64,000 nucleotides of DNA from Verrucomicrobiota bacterium (GCA_027622665.1 JAQBYT010000002.1:128001-192000), one strand, 5' to 3'. Counted from the first letter of the stretch, positions 40,977-52,395 are shown. Notes: generated from the letters alone by a model not told the origin. Made by a program: numbers and translations.

Positions 40977-42577
40977 GCCGTAACTGGAAAATTGAACGCA
41001 GGACCTTTCTCAGAGGAGCAGGGGCTCTACTTCCTTTGCCATTCTTGAACCTGATGGAAGCCAATGCCCGATCGGGCGACCGGCATTCATCGGATCCGCC
41101 CACGCGGTTCATGACCCTGTTTAAGCCCAATGGCGTTCATCCGCCCTCCTGGAATATAAACGGCGGGAAGGAGAACGATTTCCGGATGTCCCCGCTCATG
41201 CAACCCTTTGCCAAGCACAAGGAGGACGTTCTCATTTTGGATAACATGGGAGACTTCGGTTTTTCCTCCCACAGCAATTCCACCCGTCGCTTCCTTTGCG
41301 GGCATCACCAGAATTCCCGTTCCGCCTCCGTCGATCAGCTTATTGCCGAGCATTTGCAGGGCGATTCCCCACACCGCTCGCTCGAGTTGACCACTGAAGG
41401 TCTGTTCGTCAACCAGATTGGTTGCAGTTATATCTCCTACGACAAGAAAGGTGGCATGATGCCACGGGATAGCGATCCCCAGCTCATTTTCGACAAGCTG
41501 TTCAGGAATCCTCTTAGTGATCCGGGTAAGAGAGCCGAGATGACTAGCCTTCTGGACCGGGTCGAGGCGGATGCCAAGGCCTTGAAAAAAACGGCCGGGG
41601 TAGAGGATGGCGACACCTTGGACCAATATTTTACCGCCGTGCGTGAGACTGAGATCCGTCTCAAGAAGATGGGACCGCTAGACCAGGGACTCGAGTCCTC
41701 AAAATTTGCCCGATTGGCTCGTCCCCTTGCCCCCTCCAACATGGATGAACAGGTGAACGCCATGCTGGACGTCATCGCCATGGCCCTCTGGACGGACTCC
41801 ACGCGATGCATCTCCTATATGCTGGGGAATAGCAATAGCCGTATGATCTTCGATTTTCTGGGCATAAAGAAACAGCACCACTACTTGTCTCATTTTTTCC
41901 GTAACTTTAGTCGCGAGAACATCGACTCTCTCCTCAAGATCAGCCTCTGGCACATGGAGAAATTCGATTACCTTCTCAACAAGCTCAAGTCCTACAAGGA
42001 TCACAACGGTCGCCTACTGGACCATTGCGTGGTCCTGTATGGTTCCGGCATGGGGCACAGCGACAATCACACCGCCCAGCGCCTTCCCATCGTGCTTGCA
42101 GGTCAAGGTGGAGGGAAGATTAAGACTGGGCGCTACCTCAGGTACTCCAAGAATCAGGAATTAGGCAGGTTGCACTTGTCCCTGCTTGAGCTTTTCGGGG
42201 TCGAGCAAGACTCCTTCGCCAATGCCAAGCAAGCTTTGCCGGGCTTGGACGGTGGAACTTTTGACGAGTATGCCGAGCGTCCTTTCGAAAGCTGGGTCAA
42301 AGTCGATTCGGGAACCATGACGGTCCAGGGCAGGCTTCGCATGTCCGACAACTTGGACGAGGCCAAGGTTTTCTATATCGACGTAAAGGGGCGCCCGTCA
42401 GTTAAGATGGTCATCGGTTTTGGAGATTTTCATTCCCGCAACGTCGCCTATCACGTGGGCACCCCGATTAAGTTGACGGGCAAGTGCGTCGAGAAGGATG
42501 GAGAATTGATCGTGAATAGGATCACCGACATTGAATCTCTTTTTGGCAAAAGTGAGCCGGGTAAGGCTGACGGGTAG
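40973..42577 (+). CDS. DUF1552 family protein with extra C-terminal domain
   Basis: ERRTFLRGAG; FKPNG; SVDQ; DSTRCISY; LLDHCVVLYGSG; about 100-aa extension after the usual end. Confidence 0.88.
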   Translation: MSRNWKIERRTFLRGAGALLPLPFLNLMEANARSGDRHSSDPPTRFMTLFKPNGVHPPSWNINGGKENDFRMSPLMQPFAKHKEDVLILDNMGDFGFSSHSNSTRRFLCGHHQNSRSASVDQLIAEHLQGDSPHRSLELTTEGLFVNQIGCSYISYDKKGGMMPRDSDPQLIFDKLFRNPLSDPGKRAEMTSLLDRVEADAKALKKTAGVEDGDTLDQYFTAVRETEIRLKKMGPLDQGLESSKFARLARPLAPSNMDEQVNAMLDVIAMALWTDSTRCISYMLGNSNSRMIFDFLGIKKQHHYLSHFFRNFSRENIDSLLKISLWHMEKFDYLLNKLKSYKDHNGRLLDHCVVLYGSGMGHSDNHTAQRLPIVLAGQGGGKIKTGRYLRYSKNQELGRLHLSLLELFGVEQDSFANAKQALPGLDGGTFDEYAERPFESWVKVDSGTMTVQGRLRMSDNLDEAKVFYIDVKGRPSVKMVIGFGDFHSRNVAYHVGTPIKLTGKCVEKDGELIVNRITDIESLFGKSEPGKADG

Positions 42578-42610
42578 TCGATTTTCCAAGTGCAGCGAGT
42601 TCGAGTGAAC

Positions 42611-44123
42611 CTACTTTTGGGGTGAGGCGGAGAGGAGACCGTCGCCCAGTTCCTCTCGCTTCCTTTTCAAGGCGGCAAGCAAGTCTTTCTTTACTGCGGC
42701 GTGCTTGGAGTCGTTGATCAAGTCGTTGGTTTCTCGCGGGTCGTTCCGGACGTCGAACAACTGGTTTCTCCCGATCTTTGGGTAGTGGATCAACTTGTAT
42801 TGGTCCGTTCGCACCAGGCGTTGCGTTTCGATGTAGGAATTGAATATAAGATCTTCTCCTCGAGCTCCTTTTTGTCCGTGGACCAAGGGGACTATACTGG
42901 CGTAATCGACTGTCTCCGGCACCTTGATTCCTGCTAGTTCACAGGTCGTCGGGTAGACGCTTTGCATGTAGATTTTCTCGTCCACGGTGACTCCTTTGCG
43001 AATCCCTGCCCGGATATCATAAAGGGCATCTTGATGCTGTGATCATAAGGGTTCTGTTTCCCCATGAGCCCGTGCTGTCCTACCGCCAAACCATGGTCCG
43101 CGGTAAACACGACGTAGGTGTCGTCGGCTCGCCCGCTTTTCTCGAGGGCTTTCAGAATGCGCCCGATTTCGCGATCCATGTGGGTGATGATGGCGTAGTA
43201 TTCCGAGCGATGAACCTGCACCACCTCCTTGGTTTGGGGAAAGGGGGCGAGGACTTCGTCGCGTATTTTGATGGCGCCGTTATCGAACGGATGCTCCGGT
43301 AAGTAATTCTCCGGTATGGCAATTTTCTCGGGTGGATACATGTCGACGAATTTCTTGGGCGCTTGTCGCGGGTCGTGCGGAGCGTTGAACGCCACGTACA
43401 TGAAGAAGGGCTTGTCCGTGTTCTTCACCTTGCCGAGGAAATCGATCGCATGGTCGGCGAACAGCTCGGAGGTGTGTTTCTTGACGGTGTATTCGTCGCT
43501 GACGTCGTTGAAGCCGTTCTTCGACACGATGTCGCGCACGAAAGGAGCCCAGTGACCAGTGAATTTCGGGTCCCATGGCTTCCGGTGATTGTTTGTCGGT
43601 GTGGGCCTTGCATACCCCGGTTTTTTTGACCCACTGGGGTCAAAGGTTTCGTACATTCCCTTCGCGATGGCCTTGGCCTGACTGAATCCCTTTAGGGCAG
43701 AGTAGTAGTTGTTGTGCCATTTACCCGTGAGGAAGGTATCGTAACCTGCATCCCGAAAAACCTCCGGCCACAGCTTTACCTCGGTCGAGCCTTCCACCGC
43801 GATTGCTCCCCTGGAGTTAGCCGACTTGTCTAGGTAGGGCTTGTATCCTAGGGGCTCGGAATACGCTTTGTCCAGTGATCAGCATGGTACGGCTGGCGAC
43901 GCATACCGCACCGGGCCACGATCCCTGGTTGAAGCAATTATTGAAGAGGACGCCCTGCTTGGCCAACTTATCCAAGTTGGGCGTCTTGATCTCCGGATTG
44001 TTGACTCCCCCGATCGATCGATCGAGGGGCTTGGTCGTCCGCTATTATGAAAAGTACATTGGGCTTCTCGGCCAAGGCTACCAGCGGAGCTAATACCAGT
44101 AGGTGAACTGGTAATCGCGTCAT
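42611..44123 (-). pseudogene. Disrupted sulfatase (three frameshifts)
   Basis: From ATG 44123: KPNVLFIIADDQ; frameshift at a GATC duplication (~44012-44023); CVASRTMLITG; frameshift ~43848; GKWH, APHDPR, ADHGLAVGQHGLMGKQN; frameshift ~42995. Confidence 0.85.
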
Positions 44124-44138
44124 CTGAATGACTCTGAA

Positions 44139-45608
<1,470 letters not shown>

Positions 45609-45767
45609 AGAAGAGATAAGGAGGTTTTGTTTGATGGAATTGAAATCCGAATTCCTCCACAGTTCTCCTCTTGAATCAAACTTAAAATATGCTAAGCCCA
45701 AAGGTTTTATGGAGACTTCTGCTTCAGTATTTGCATAACCCGCTGGTCACTCGACATAATCTCATCA

Positions 45768-47925
45768 ATGAAAACTGTATCAGTCGCCCTACTTGCTCTC
45801 CAGTTTCTTTTTTTTCTCGGCCTTTCCCGCCATGGGCAAAAAGCCCAATGTGATTGTTGTACTGGTCGACGACATGGGCTACTCGGACCTTGGGTCTTTC
45901 GGGGGGGAGGTCAAAACTCCGCATTTGGATCGCCTTGCCGCCCACGGCTTGCGCTTCACCCAGAACTATAATTCCGCCCGTTGCTGTCCGTCCCGGGCTT
46001 CCTTGTTGACGGGCTTGTATTCTCATCAGGCCGGGATTGCCAACTTTACCGGCCGGGACACAACCGACCGTCTGGGGCCGGCCTACCTGGGCAAGTTGAA
46101 CAAGCAATGCATGACTTTGGCCGAGGTGCTCAAGACAGCCGGGTACGGAACCTATGGGGTGGGCAAGTGGCACGTCGGGCATGAGGAACCACCCACCGAC
46201 CGGGGCTTCGACGAGTACTATGGATATATTCGGGGGCATAGCACGAGCCAGTGGAAGGTGGGCAATTACATGCGCTTGCCCGCAGGCAGAACCCCGGAAA
46301 TAAAGTTCGATGCCGATTCCTTTTACGCGACCGATGCCTTCAACGACTATGCGGTCGAGTTTCTCAATCAGGCTCAGAAAAAAGATTCCCCCTTTTTCCT
46401 CTACCTCGCTCATTCGTCTCCTCATTTCCCCCTTCATGCTCCTGCCAAGACCCGCGATGCATACCTTGATACCTACCGTAAGGGATGGGACATTTTGAGG
46501 AAGGAACGCTTTGCCAGACAAAGTAACTCCGGGTTGGTCACCAGCTCTTGGCAGTTCACGGGGCTCTCCGAAGTTCCCGTCGATACGGACGTCATTGCCA
46601 ACAACTACGCGGGCAAGCTGAACCCCGACTGGAAAGACGTTCCGCAAAACCGGAGGGAGGACTTGGCTTACCGGATGGCCACATTTGCCGCCATGATCGA
46701 TCACGTAGATCAGGGGATTGGGAAAATCATCCGACAGCTTGAGCAGGGAGGCGACCTGGAGAATACCCTTATTCTCTTCACCAGTGACAACGGCGCCTGC
46801 TACGAATGGGGGCCTTTCGGATTCGACCGCAGCAGCCGCAAGGGGTTTACCCAGCTTCACGAAGGTGACGATCTCCGGGGCGTGGGCGGACCGGAGACCT
46901 ATCACTCGGTGGGCAGCGCATGGTCCTGTCTTAGCAATACGCCCTTGCGGATGTACAAACACTTCAATCACGAGGGTGGAAATTGCAGTCCTTTGTTGGC
47001 CCATTGGCCCAAGGGAATCAGCAAGCCCCACCGCTGGGTGCGATCCCCTATACACTTGATTGACGTCATGCCTACCCTGCTTGAGGTCGGTGGCACCAGC
47101 TACCCGAAGAAATTTAACGAGGAGGAACTCATCCCGGTCGAGGGGAAGAGCTTGACGCCGTTTTTCAAGGGAGCCGAGTCCGCCCAGGATCGGGTGCTTT
47201 GTTTCGACCATTTCGACTCTAGCGCCATTCGCAAGGGGGACTGGAAGCTGGTGCGGGGAAACAACCGCTATAAGAAGCGGACTTGGGAACTATACAACTT
47301 GGCCGAGGACCGGTGCGAAACGAACAACCTGATCGAGGCCCGTGCGGACAAGGCCAAGGAACTGGAAGCCGAGTGGCTGGCTTGGGCCAAGCGGGTAAAG
47401 GTGAACCCTTACTACTTACACGCGCAGGCAAACCCGGCTAAAGTGAGGAGCAAACTGAAGAAGGATACTCAGGGATTCTACCTTCTCGGGCATGGTGACC
47501 GGGTGGCCCGGGAGCACGCGCCCAACTTCACCCAAAAGTCGATAGAGATAAGACTCTCCGTCACGAGGGGGAATGAAAAGGGCGGGGTTCTGATTTCCCA
47601 TGGCGGAAGCCGCAGCGGTTATTCTCTTTATCTGGAGGATGGAAAACCGGTTTTTTCGTGTCGTCTTGGCGGAACCTTGCACACTTTCCGTGCAACCAAG
47701 GCCCTGCCCAAGGAACGATCTTCTTTGTCCGCGACGATTGAGTCTGACGGGAAGGTCTCCTTGAGGAGCCAGGACGAGGTTCTGGCTTCAGGAAAGCTAC
47801 CGACTCTGTTCAATACCCACCCTCAAGATCCCCTTGAGGTTGGGAACGATTCCCTCTCCACGGTAGGAAATTATTCCACGAATCCTCGTTTCAAGGGTAA
47901 AGTCCATGAGGCCAAGCTCAAGTAG
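45768..47925 (+). CDS. Arylsulfatase with C-terminal LamG-like module; signal peptide out of frame at a T8 run (45808-45815)
   Basis: PNVIVVLVDDMGYSD, CCPSRASLLTG, GKWH, SDNGA, HEGG. Removing one T gives MKTVSVALLALQFLFFSAFPAMG-KKPN. Confidence 0.88.
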
Positions 47926-47954
47926 GTATTCAACCTTAGCGAACCAAAACCGAA

Positions 47955-49229
47955 ATGAATTATTCTATAGCCATTCCCCCCCTAGGCCTCTTGGCTTTGG
48001 TTTCGTTGGCCATTGCCGCGGACTCAGTCACTGTGGAGGGTCTCATCACCCCGCGCGACGACGATGGTATGTACGTTCGCAATCCGGATGGGCAGTTCGA
48101 GATCGAATGGACCAAGGATACACAAGTGGCCCTTGAGGTGAACACGCGCCTCTTCAAAGGACTCAAGGGAGAGAGGTTGCATTACCAGGTTCAAGCCTCC
48201 AGGGAGGTTATCCGTTTCGCCCTGCCCAAAGGACCAATTACGGGAATCATCGAGGTCAGGAATAAAGGCCAGTTGGAGAACAAGCTGAAGGAGGCAAGGG
48301 AAGAGAATTGGATAGGGGAGCATGGCTTGCGTTTGTTCTTCGGTGAAAGCCTGCCCCAGCAAATGCCTACTCCGGAAGACCTTCGTTTCATCGGACTTTG
48401 GGACCCGACCGCAAAGCCGCACACACTTGCCATCAAGGGTACGAAGTACGAAGTGTCCCTCAAAAAGGGGGGGCAAACTAGTGCCTTGCTCTTCAATGTG
48501 TTGAGCACGAAGGATTGCAAGCCTTTCGTCACTCGGGCCCGGGTGGTCGGCCGAAAGAAAGGCGCGGTCATCGTGGCCGAGGAGGTTCATCTCAAACCGA
48601 TTGGTGATCAATCCGCCGGCGATGATCCCAAGCTCCCGAGATACCTCTTCATCGGCGACTCCATCTCGGGGAACTACGACAAGGGCTTGCGGGAATTTCT
48701 CGCGGGCAAGTTCAACTTGCATCACCCGCCCACCAATTGCGGGCCTTCGGCAAAGGGTCGTTCCAGCATCGTGGAGTGGTTGGGCGCGTACCGCCAACCC
48801 GGTCGTCACTGGGATGTAATCAGTTTCAACCATGGACATTGGGATAGCAACAACGACAAGAGCACCTACCGGGAGAACCTCGAAAAGATCATTGCCGAGC
48901 TCAAGAAGACCAAGGGCAAGCTGATATGGGTGACCACCTGTCCCGTCCCAAACGGTTATCCGCCCGCCGGCGACTTGAGCAAGGCAGGCCGGGCTCCCGG
49001 TCGGACTGCCGGGGTTATGAGGAACCACCTCAATCCCTGGGCTCTTGAGGTAATGAAGAAGCATCCCGGAATCTCTATTTGCGACCAGTGGCAGTTCGTC
49101 AAGGATAACGGGGACGGCCTCTACAAGGACTTCTGGGATGGCAAGAACGTTCACTTCAGTGACAAACCTGCTGACCAGCTCGGGGAGTTTCTCGGTATGC
49201 AGGTCCTTGAAGTGGCGAAGACTCGCTAG
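47955..49229 (+). CDS. SGNH/GDSL hydrolase with uncharacterised N-terminal domain
   Basis: Signal peptide; C-terminal LFIGDSISGNY, ISFNHGHWD, NVHF. Confidence 0.85.
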   Translation: MNYSIAIPPLGLLALVSLAIAADSVTVEGLITPRDDDGMYVRNPDGQFEIEWTKDTQVALEVNTRLFKGLKGERLHYQVQASREVIRFALPKGPITGIIEVRNKGQLENKLKEAREENWIGEHGLRLFFGESLPQQMPTPEDLRFIGLWDPTAKPHTLAIKGTKYEVSLKKGGQTSALLFNVLSTKDCKPFVTRARVVGRKKGAVIVAEEVHLKPIGDQSAGDDPKLPRYLFIGDSISGNYDKGLREFLAGKFNLHHPPTNCGPSAKGRSSIVEWLGAYRQPGRHWDVISFNHGHWDSNNDKSTYRENLEKIIAELKKTKGKLIWVTTCPVPNGYPPAGDLSKAGRAPGRTAGVMRNHLNPWALEVMKKHPGISICDQWQFVKDNGDGLYKDFWDGKNVHFSDKPADQLGEFLGMQVLEVAKTR

Positions 49230-49250
49230 CTCATATAGCCGATGAAATAT

Positions 49251-49277
49251 CTAGGGCTTCGGTTTGACCGAGCCTAG
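49251..49277. terminator. Hairpin between convergent genes (possible terminator)
   Basis: CTAGGGCTTCGGT-TTG-ACCGAGCCTAG imperfect inverted repeat; no clear U-tract. Confidence 0.35.
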
Positions 49278-49447
49278 ACTTGGGGCGAGCTTTCGTCCAC
49301 TAGCCTGTAGAATCCGACCCAAATGAACGAGTCGAATGCATGGTATAAGTCGCAAGAAATGGTCGACATCACGGATACGAGATCGAATTCGTGTTCGATC
49401 AAGGATTTTATGGTTCGCAAAGTAGCTTGGTACTTCTCTTTTTTCAT
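49274..49447 (-). pseudogene. Truncated GAF-domain (free methionine-R-sulfoxide reductase-like) gene fragment
   Basis: Hand translation: MKKEKYQATLRTIKSLIEHEFDLVSVMSTISCDLYHAFDSFIWVGFYRLVDESSPQV* (57 aa). It matches the N-terminal third of the fRMsr/YebR family (WxGFY) and lacks the GPFQG/GVCG core. Confidence 0.65.
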
Positions 49448-49463
49448 AGAGGTTTCTCAACGG

Positions 49464-50651
49464 TTATAGGATCGAATGATCCCTTCCTCTATTGGTTCGA
49501 TATTTGGAAGGCGTGATTCCTTCGACTCGGAAGAACACTTTGTAGAAGTGGTCGGCATTGCGAAAGCCCAAGTCGACGGCGAGGGCTTTGAAGGAATCGT
49601 CGGTTTCGACCAAAAGACGCTTGGCTCGCTCGATTCGCAAGCGAGCGATTTCATCAGCAATGCTCCGGTCGAGGGATTCGCGAAATTTTCGTTCCAAAGT
49701 ACGTCGAGTGATCGAAACTGCAGACACCACGTCCTTCACTTGAATTCTTTCTTGCCCGTTTTCCGAAATGAAGCGAAGGGCGTTTGCCACTATGGGATCC
49801 TCGGCTGCCAGAACGTCAGTCGATTGACGGGGGATCAATCCCTTGGGGGGAGAATATTCAACCGTTTTGGACGAATCCTTGCCATTCATCATCTCATCGA
49901 GTTTTGCCGCGGCTCGAAAACCGATCAGCTTGAAGCCCAAATCGATGCTGGTTAGAGCGGGGTAGGGGGATGCGCAGATTGCAGGCTCGTTGGAGGTTCC
50001 TACGATTGCAATGTCTTGGGGAACTTGTAAACCTTTTGCCCGACAGGTTTCGATTAGATACCTGCAGTATAGGTCGTTGCCTACGAGAATTCCAGTCGGA
50101 GCTTCCAAAGAATCCACCCATTCTTCAAGACCTTCGAGGAATCTTTCCCAGCCAAGGGCTTCCCCTCCCAAGTCCGTTCTTGGGAAACGGTAGGTCGATA
50201 AGCGAAAGCCCAGTGGCTTCAAGATTCCCCTGAAGCCTTGAATTTGTAGACGGGAATCCTTTTCGCGAAGGAATCCCATATATCCGAATCGGCGAAAACC
50301 GCGTCCCACCAAGTGCTGGGCGGCCATTTCCCCTGATGTCTGGAAGTCTGCCAGAACGCTCGAGACTTTTTTTACCGGAGAATTGAGCCATACGTTGACT
50401 GCAGGCATCTTGATCTTGTGAGCGGCCTGAGCCAATGGTTCGGTGATGCGTCCGAGAATGCCATCGAACGGGGCTACCCCTGCCTTGGGTTTAAGGACAC
50501 GGATAGCACTTGGTATGATTACGCAATCCCAACCTGCTTTGCCGGCATACTGGTGAACCCCTGCATAGGTCTCCAAGTGGCGCTTGTGACCCCATTCCAT
50601 TTCGAGGCAAATGGCTACTCGCTTGGGTCTTCTTGAATCATTCTTTTGCAC
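49464..50651 (-). CDS. XylR-type transcriptional regulator (periplasmic-binding-like sensor + AraC HTH)
   Basis: VPQDIAIVG, LTSIDL, IPRQSTD, RRTLERKF, LGFRNADHFYKVF...GITPSKYR. Confidence 0.9.
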   Translation of the reverse strand: MQKNDSRRPKRVAICLEMEWGHKRHLETYAGVHQYAGKAGWDCVIIPSAIRVLKPKAGVAPFDGILGRITEPLAQAAHKIKMPAVNVWLNSPVKKVSSVLADFQTSGEMAAQHLVGRGFRRFGYMGFLREKDSRLQIQGFRGILKPLGFRLSTYRFPRTDLGGEALGWERFLEGLEEWVDSLEAPTGILVGNDLYCRYLIETCRAKGLQVPQDIAIVGTSNEPAICASPYPALTSIDLGFKLIGFRAAAKLDEMMNGKDSSKTVEYSPPKGLIPRQSTDVLAAEDPIVANALRFISENGQERIQVKDVVSAVSITRRTLERKFRESLDRSIADEIARLRIERAKRLLVETDDSFKALAVDLGFRNADHFYKVFFRVEGITPSKYRTNRGRDHSIL

Positions 50652-50694
50652 AAGTTCGATTTTGTTGAAAGGTTTTCGTAAAGGTCAATGCTCC

Positions 50695-50727
50695 ATGTCG
50701 CAAAAAAGAGTTAAAGTTTCGTTAATA
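50695..50727 (+). promoter_or_regulatory. Candidate operator (copy 1 of shared ATGTCGC..AAAAGAG.TAAA motif)
   Basis: Lies in the divergent intergenic region of the XylR-type gene; 18 of 21 positions match the copy at 62074. Confidence 0.4.
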
Positions 50728-50780
50728 AGAATATCAATAGGTTTGTCACCCAGGGCTCTATTCCTTATTTTCAACTATTC

Positions 50781-52373
50781 ATGTCCTCCCTTTCACCTAG
50801 ATACGACGTAGCCGTCATAGGAGGCGGGCACAACGGTTTGGTCTCGGCTTGCTACCTAGCTAAGGCTGGCTTGTCTGTCTTGGTACTAGAACGAAATGCC
50901 GAGCTCGGAGGCGCGACTCGTTCGGCTAAAGCTTTTGAAGGTATGGACGCCAGACTCTCCGTCTACTCCTACCTGGTTAGTCTGTTCCCGCAAAAGATAT
51001 TGGACGATCTTGGGCTCAATCTCAACCTCTTGCCTCGTCGAACTGCTTCCTACAGCCCTGTTTTAGAAGATGGCAAATTGCGGGAACTCCTTCTCCGGAA
51101 TGATGCTGCGGATGGGAATCGAGAAGCATTCATGGCCCTCACGGGTTCTGATTCCGACTACTCGGGATACATGGAACTCCAAGATATGCAAAAACACTTG
51201 GCTTCTGTCATTTGGCCGAGCCTGACCGAACCTTTGGTTTCCCGAGAAGAAATGCAAAGCCGACTGGATTACGAAGGAAAACGGGCCTGGCAATTCCTCA
51301 TCGAGGAACCGCTTGGCGAAGTGATCGAAAGCAAGATTTCAAGCGATCTCGTCCGCGGTCTTGTCTTCACCGATGCCAAGATCGGTGTCTCGACCCAGCC
51401 TCACGACCCAATGCTACTCCAGAATCGCTGCTACCTCTACCACGTTATTGGTCGGGGCACGGGCGAGTGGCATGTGCCCAAAGGCGGTATGGGGACACTC
51501 GTGGATGAGCTCGTCCGGGCTGCCCAAAGGACTGGCAAAGTGACTTTTGCGACCGACGCAAAGGTAAGTTCCGTCCGTCCCGGCGAAAAACTTTCCTACA
51601 TTGGTTTCGATATCGATGGAGAGGAACACCACGTCGATGCCCGATTCGTTCTTTGCAACGCACCGGAGTTCGAACTTAGCCGATTGACTGGAGAACCGGA
51701 CATCCCCAGAGCAATCGACGAGGGGGCTGCTTTCAAGGTCAACATGCTCCTGCAGCGATTGCCTCGCCTTCGCTCGGAGAACTGCTCACCCGAGGAAGCT
51801 TTCGCGGGAACCTTCCACGTCAACGAGGGTTATGGGCAGATGCAGGCAAGTTACGATTCATGTGAAGCGGGCGAAATGCCCGAAATCCCTCCCGGCGAAG
51901 TTTATTGCCACACCCTGACCGACCCCTCCATCCTTTCTCCCGAGCTTAATGCCCGAGGCTTTCATACCTTAACTCTTTTCGGTTTGGATATGCCCTACCG
52001 TTTGTTCAAGGAAGACAATGAAAAGGCCAGTGGCCTCGCCTTGCAAAGATACCTCGCCGGCATTAATCAATACCTCGAGGAACCGATCGAGGAATGCCTT
52101 GCTTCGGATGCCGATGGCCAACCTTGCATCGAGACTATGAGTGCAGTCGACTTGGAGAAAAAGATTCACCTGCCCAAGGGAAATATCTTTCATGGCGACC
52201 TGACCTGGCCCTTTGCCGAAAGCGATGAAGAAGGCGGCCAATGGGGCGTGGAGACCGCTCACCCGAATCTGTTTCTCTGCGGTTCCTCCGCTCGGCGCGG
52301 GGGTGCGGTCAGCGGCATCCCCGGACACAATGCCGCTAAGAAAGTCCTGCAGAAAATCATGGCTGCTAAGTGA
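50781..52373 (+). CDS. Phytoene-dehydrogenase-like FAD-dependent oxidoreductase
   Basis: VIGGGHNGLVSACYLAKAG, VPKGGMG, GNIFHG, GGAVSGIPGHNAA. Confidence 0.88.
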   Translation: MSSLSPRYDVAVIGGGHNGLVSACYLAKAGLSVLVLERNAELGGATRSAKAFEGMDARLSVYSYLVSLFPQKILDDLGLNLNLLPRRTASYSPVLEDGKLRELLLRNDAADGNREAFMALTGSDSDYSGYMELQDMQKHLASVIWPSLTEPLVSREEMQSRLDYEGKRAWQFLIEEPLGEVIESKISSDLVRGLVFTDAKIGVSTQPHDPMLLQNRCYLYHVIGRGTGEWHVPKGGMGTLVDELVRAAQRTGKVTFATDAKVSSVRPGEKLSYIGFDIDGEEHHVDARFVLCNAPEFELSRLTGEPDIPRAIDEGAAFKVNMLLQRLPRLRSENCSPEEAFAGTFHVNEGYGQMQASYDSCEAGEMPEIPPGEVYCHTLTDPSILSPELNARGFHTLTLFGLDMPYRLFKEDNEKASGLALQRYLAGINQYLEEPIEECLASDADGQPCIETMSAVDLEKKIHLPKGNIFHGDLTWPFAESDEEGGQWGVETAHPNLFLCGSSARRGGAVSGIPGHNAAKKVLQKIMAAK

Positions 52374-52395
52374 TTAGTTGAATAGAAGTAAAACC

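Noticed and set aside
45724..47211. 495-aa minus-strand ORF (likewise 8402..9382, 19819..20709, 30524..31330, 36165..37088, 48024..49154, 56429..57271)
   Set aside because: Antisense shadows of well-supported genes, expected from biased codon usage; they contain no recognisable motifs.
50781..52373. Carotenoid biosynthesis (crtI)
   Set aside because: No crtB/crtE neighbours; the motifs fit the broader phytoene-dehydrogenase-like family of unknown substrate.
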